From positions 4,278,001 through 4,342,000 of the forward strand of contig JBHGNT010000016.1 of the NCBI GenBank assembly GCA_043228905.1: DNA of 64,000 nucleotides, given 5' to 3'. The translations under genes and the position numbers were made by a program. Numbering within the stretch: the first letter of the stretch is position 1; the number at the start of each line of letters is the position of its first letter. The notes under the pieces are model-generated. The model saw only the letters and a program-made list of their open reading frames with translations, was not told the origin of the DNA and ran no database searches. Of the stretch, positions 61,300 to 64,000 are shown piece after piece. Source of the DNA: Azolla caroliniana (taxonomy: Eukaryota; Plantae; Polypodiophyta).

Positions 61300-63999
61300 T
61301 CACTTCGGCATGGGATGTCTCTCCAGTCTGATCCTCTTCCGGCATGCTTCCAGCTTGTCGGGTGTGAGCACCTTGGTCAGCATATCCGACCCGTTCTCGT
61401 CCGTGTGGACCTTCGTCAGCACGAACTCCTTGTCTTCTATCCTTTCCCGGATCCAGTGATATCTTCGCTGGATGTGCTTCGTCCGGGAGTGATAAGCCGC
61501 GTTCTTCGCAAGGTGGATGGCACTCTGACTGTCGCAGTAGAGTCGGTACTCCTCCTGCTGGATACCGAGCTCTCTAATGAAGTCCTTCATCCATATTATT
61601 TCCTTGCCGGCTTCAACAGCCGCCATGTACTCCGCCTCCGTGGTTGACAACGCAACCGTCTTCTGCAGCCTCGACTGCCACGAAACAGCTCCACCTGCAT
61701 ACGTCATAACATACCCTGATGTGGACCGGCTGGTATCTGCATCAGCCGACATATCCGAATCGGTAAAGCCGTCGAATTCGGGCTTACCGGAGCCGAATCG
61801 GAGGCACACGTTTGCCGTGCCCTTCAGGTATCGGAGTATCCACTTGACCGCGTTCCAGTGCTCTTTGCCGGGTTTGCTCATGTACCGGCTCACCACTCCA
61901 ACTGCATATCCTATGTCTGGTCTTGTACACACCATTGCGTACATTAAGCTTCCGACGGCAGAGGCATATGGTACTTTCATCATGTCCTCCTTCTCAGCCT
62001 TTGTCTTGGGGCTTTGCTTGCTGGACAACTTGCAGTTTCCCGGGAGGGTTGACCCGACCGGTCTTGCTTCCGACATGTTGAACCGGTGAAGCACCTTTGT
62101 CACGTACTTCTCTTGTGACAGCCACAACTGCTTCTTCTTCCGGTCCCGGATGATGTGCATCCCTAGTATTTGCCTCGCCGGACCCAGGTCCTTCATTGAG
62201 AAGGTTCGGTGAAGCGCTTTCTTCAGCGTCCGTATCTTGACCTGGTCCCGTCCGACGATCAACATGTCGTCCACGTACAGGAGGAGTATTAGAGAGTCTC
62301 CTCCTTCGAACTTCTTCACAAACACGCAGTGATCAGACTGCGTTTTGTGGTACCCTTCGTCGGTCATGAAGGAGTCGAACTTCCGGTACCATTGCCGGGG
62401 AGCCTGCTTCAGTCCGTAAAGGCTCTTCTTCAACCGGCATACCAGGTGCTCCTTTCCTTTCTTCTCGAATCCTTCCGGTTGCTGCATGTAGATCTCTTCT
62501 TCGAGGTCACCGTGAAGGAATGCCGTCTTCACGTCCATCTGTTCTACCTCGAGGTCCATGCTTGCCGCTATGCTCAGCACCGTCCGGATGGAGGTCATCT
62601 TCACTACCGGGGTGAATATCTCGTCGAAGTCGACGCCCTTCTTCTGCTGAAACCCCTTCACCACGATCCTGGCTTTGTATCTCGGGGGGTTTCCGGCATC
62701 TCCCGGTTTCAGCTTGAACACCCACTTGTTTCGAAGTGCCCGCTTTCCTTTCGGCAACTCCACAAGTTCATATGTGTGGTTCTCATGCAGGGAATCCATC
62801 TCGTCCTGCATGGCACTCAACCACCTGCGGCTCTGGGTGTCATGCTTTGCTTCTTCAAAGCTCTCCGGCTCCCCTTCGTCGGTTAGCAGCACGTGCTCTG
62901 GTTCCGGAAATCTCCGGGGGGCCCTTCTCTCTCTTAGAGGATATCTCCGTTCTGGAGCTTCGGTAACCGGTTCTTCCGATTCTTCTTCATCCGAATCCAT
63001 TTCGGGATCGGGGCCGGTTCCGGTATCATTTTCATCTTCTTCGGCCGGTTCTGTTTCTTCATAGTCTTCGGCCGGATCCTCGAGTGTTAACCGGTCCCTT
63101 GCCGGTCGGGACTGCTCCTCGTAGAGTTGATCCTCACCGGTCGACTTGGAGCTCTTCATCTTCTTCTCCGACTCCCAGTCGGCGAGTGTCTTGTCCTCCA
63201 TGAAGATGATGTCTCGACTCCTGAATATCTTCTTGTCGACCGGGTCCCATACTCGGTAGCCGAACTCGTCGTCGCCGTAACCGAGGAATATGCATAGCCG
63301 GGTCTTTGGATCTAGCTTTCCTCTCCGGTCCTTTGCCACATGCACGTATGCGAGACACCCGAACACCTTCAGATGCCGGTAGGACACTTCCTTACCGGTC
63401 CACACTTTCTGCGGCGTGTCTCCGTCCAAAGGTACTGAGGGTGATCTGTTTATCACGTATGTCGCCGTCGACATTGCCTCAGCCCAAAACCCCTTGGGTA
63501 ATTTCACATGCGCCAGCATACTCCGGACCCTCTCCATTATGGTCCGGTTCATCCTCTCGGCCAGCCCGTTTAGTTCCGGCGTCTTCGGCACAGTAAACTC
63601 GAGCCGGATTCCCTTCGAGCGACAGTACTCCTAGAACTGCCCCCGGTATTCCCCTCCGTTATCCGCTCGTATCGCTTTCAGCTTCTTGCCGGATTCCCTT
63701 TCCACTCTCGCGTGGAGTTCTTTGAAGACGGACAACACTTGGTCCTTTGTCTTCAACGGCGCCGTCCACAGCTTCCGGCTGTGATCATCAATGAAAGTCA
63801 CGAAGTACTGGGCTCCGCCATGTGACTTCGTTTCTACCTGACACACATCCGTGTGCACCAACTCCAATGGTGCGCTACGTCTCGTCGGTGGCCTTGAGTG
63901 GAAGGAGGTTCGGTTCTGCTTACCGGCCAGGCAATCGGTGCACTTCTCCAGATGCACATGCTTCACTGGAATGAGGTTGTCTTCTGCAAGCCTCTTCAT
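61300..63999 (-). pseudogene. Copia-3 pol (IN-RT-RNase H), one in-frame TAG at 63631-63633
   Basis: LELVHTDV, FIDDHSR, RADNGGEY, QMDVKTAFL, LYVDDML, FTDSD, RTKHI; ORFs 63631-63999 and 61300-63591 share a frame. Confidence 0.92.
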
Positions 64000-64000
64000 C

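Larger units (their letters stand above)
60591..64000 (-). mobile_element. Ty1/copia 'Copia-3' (Tnt1-like), 3' half; continues beyond the window
   Basis: 3' LTR 60591-61289 (TGTTG...CGACA on the minus strand), PPT AAGGGGGAGTT at 61290-61300, IN-RT-RH ORF; inserted in the X integrase C-terminus. Confidence 0.95.

Noticed and set aside
63631-63633. Programmed readthrough in Copia-3
   Set aside because: The stop falls within the integrase core, with no CARYYA-type context; a point mutation is simpler.

Overview
Eukaryotic land-plant nuclear DNA; the repeat types suggest a non-seed plant such as a fern or lycophyte (inference). The first ~25 kb holds three host genes: a 15-exon cytosolic-type glucose-6-phosphate dehydrogenase (4041-9090, +), a 6-exon plastid HISN2 with a GC-AG intron (12503-15433, +) and an intronless, GC-rich PR-1/CAP gene (21802-22506, -). 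Decayed L1 LINEs, microsatellites and tRNA-like heads lie between them. From ~25.3 kb to the end is a four-level nest of LTR retrotransposons. An old Ty1/copia carries another copia, a solo LTR and a truncated Ty3/gypsy (D). D carries a Tcn1/sushi-like gypsy (X). X carries three full-length copies (A, B, C) of an unusual gypsy family plus a young minus-strand copia. Copies A, B and C share a tRNA-Trp primer site, a gag-protease ORF with a DHG active site, a G_GAU_UUU slippery site plus covarying pseudoknot leading into a -1-frame pol, and a covarying pre-PPT hairpin. The family (including D) inserts at ACGT-like sites with a 4-bp target duplication. X has its own -1 frameshift signal, and the LTRs of X and C both carry an antisense tRNA-like Pol III cassette. 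All alignments and pairings were read by eye; no searches were run.
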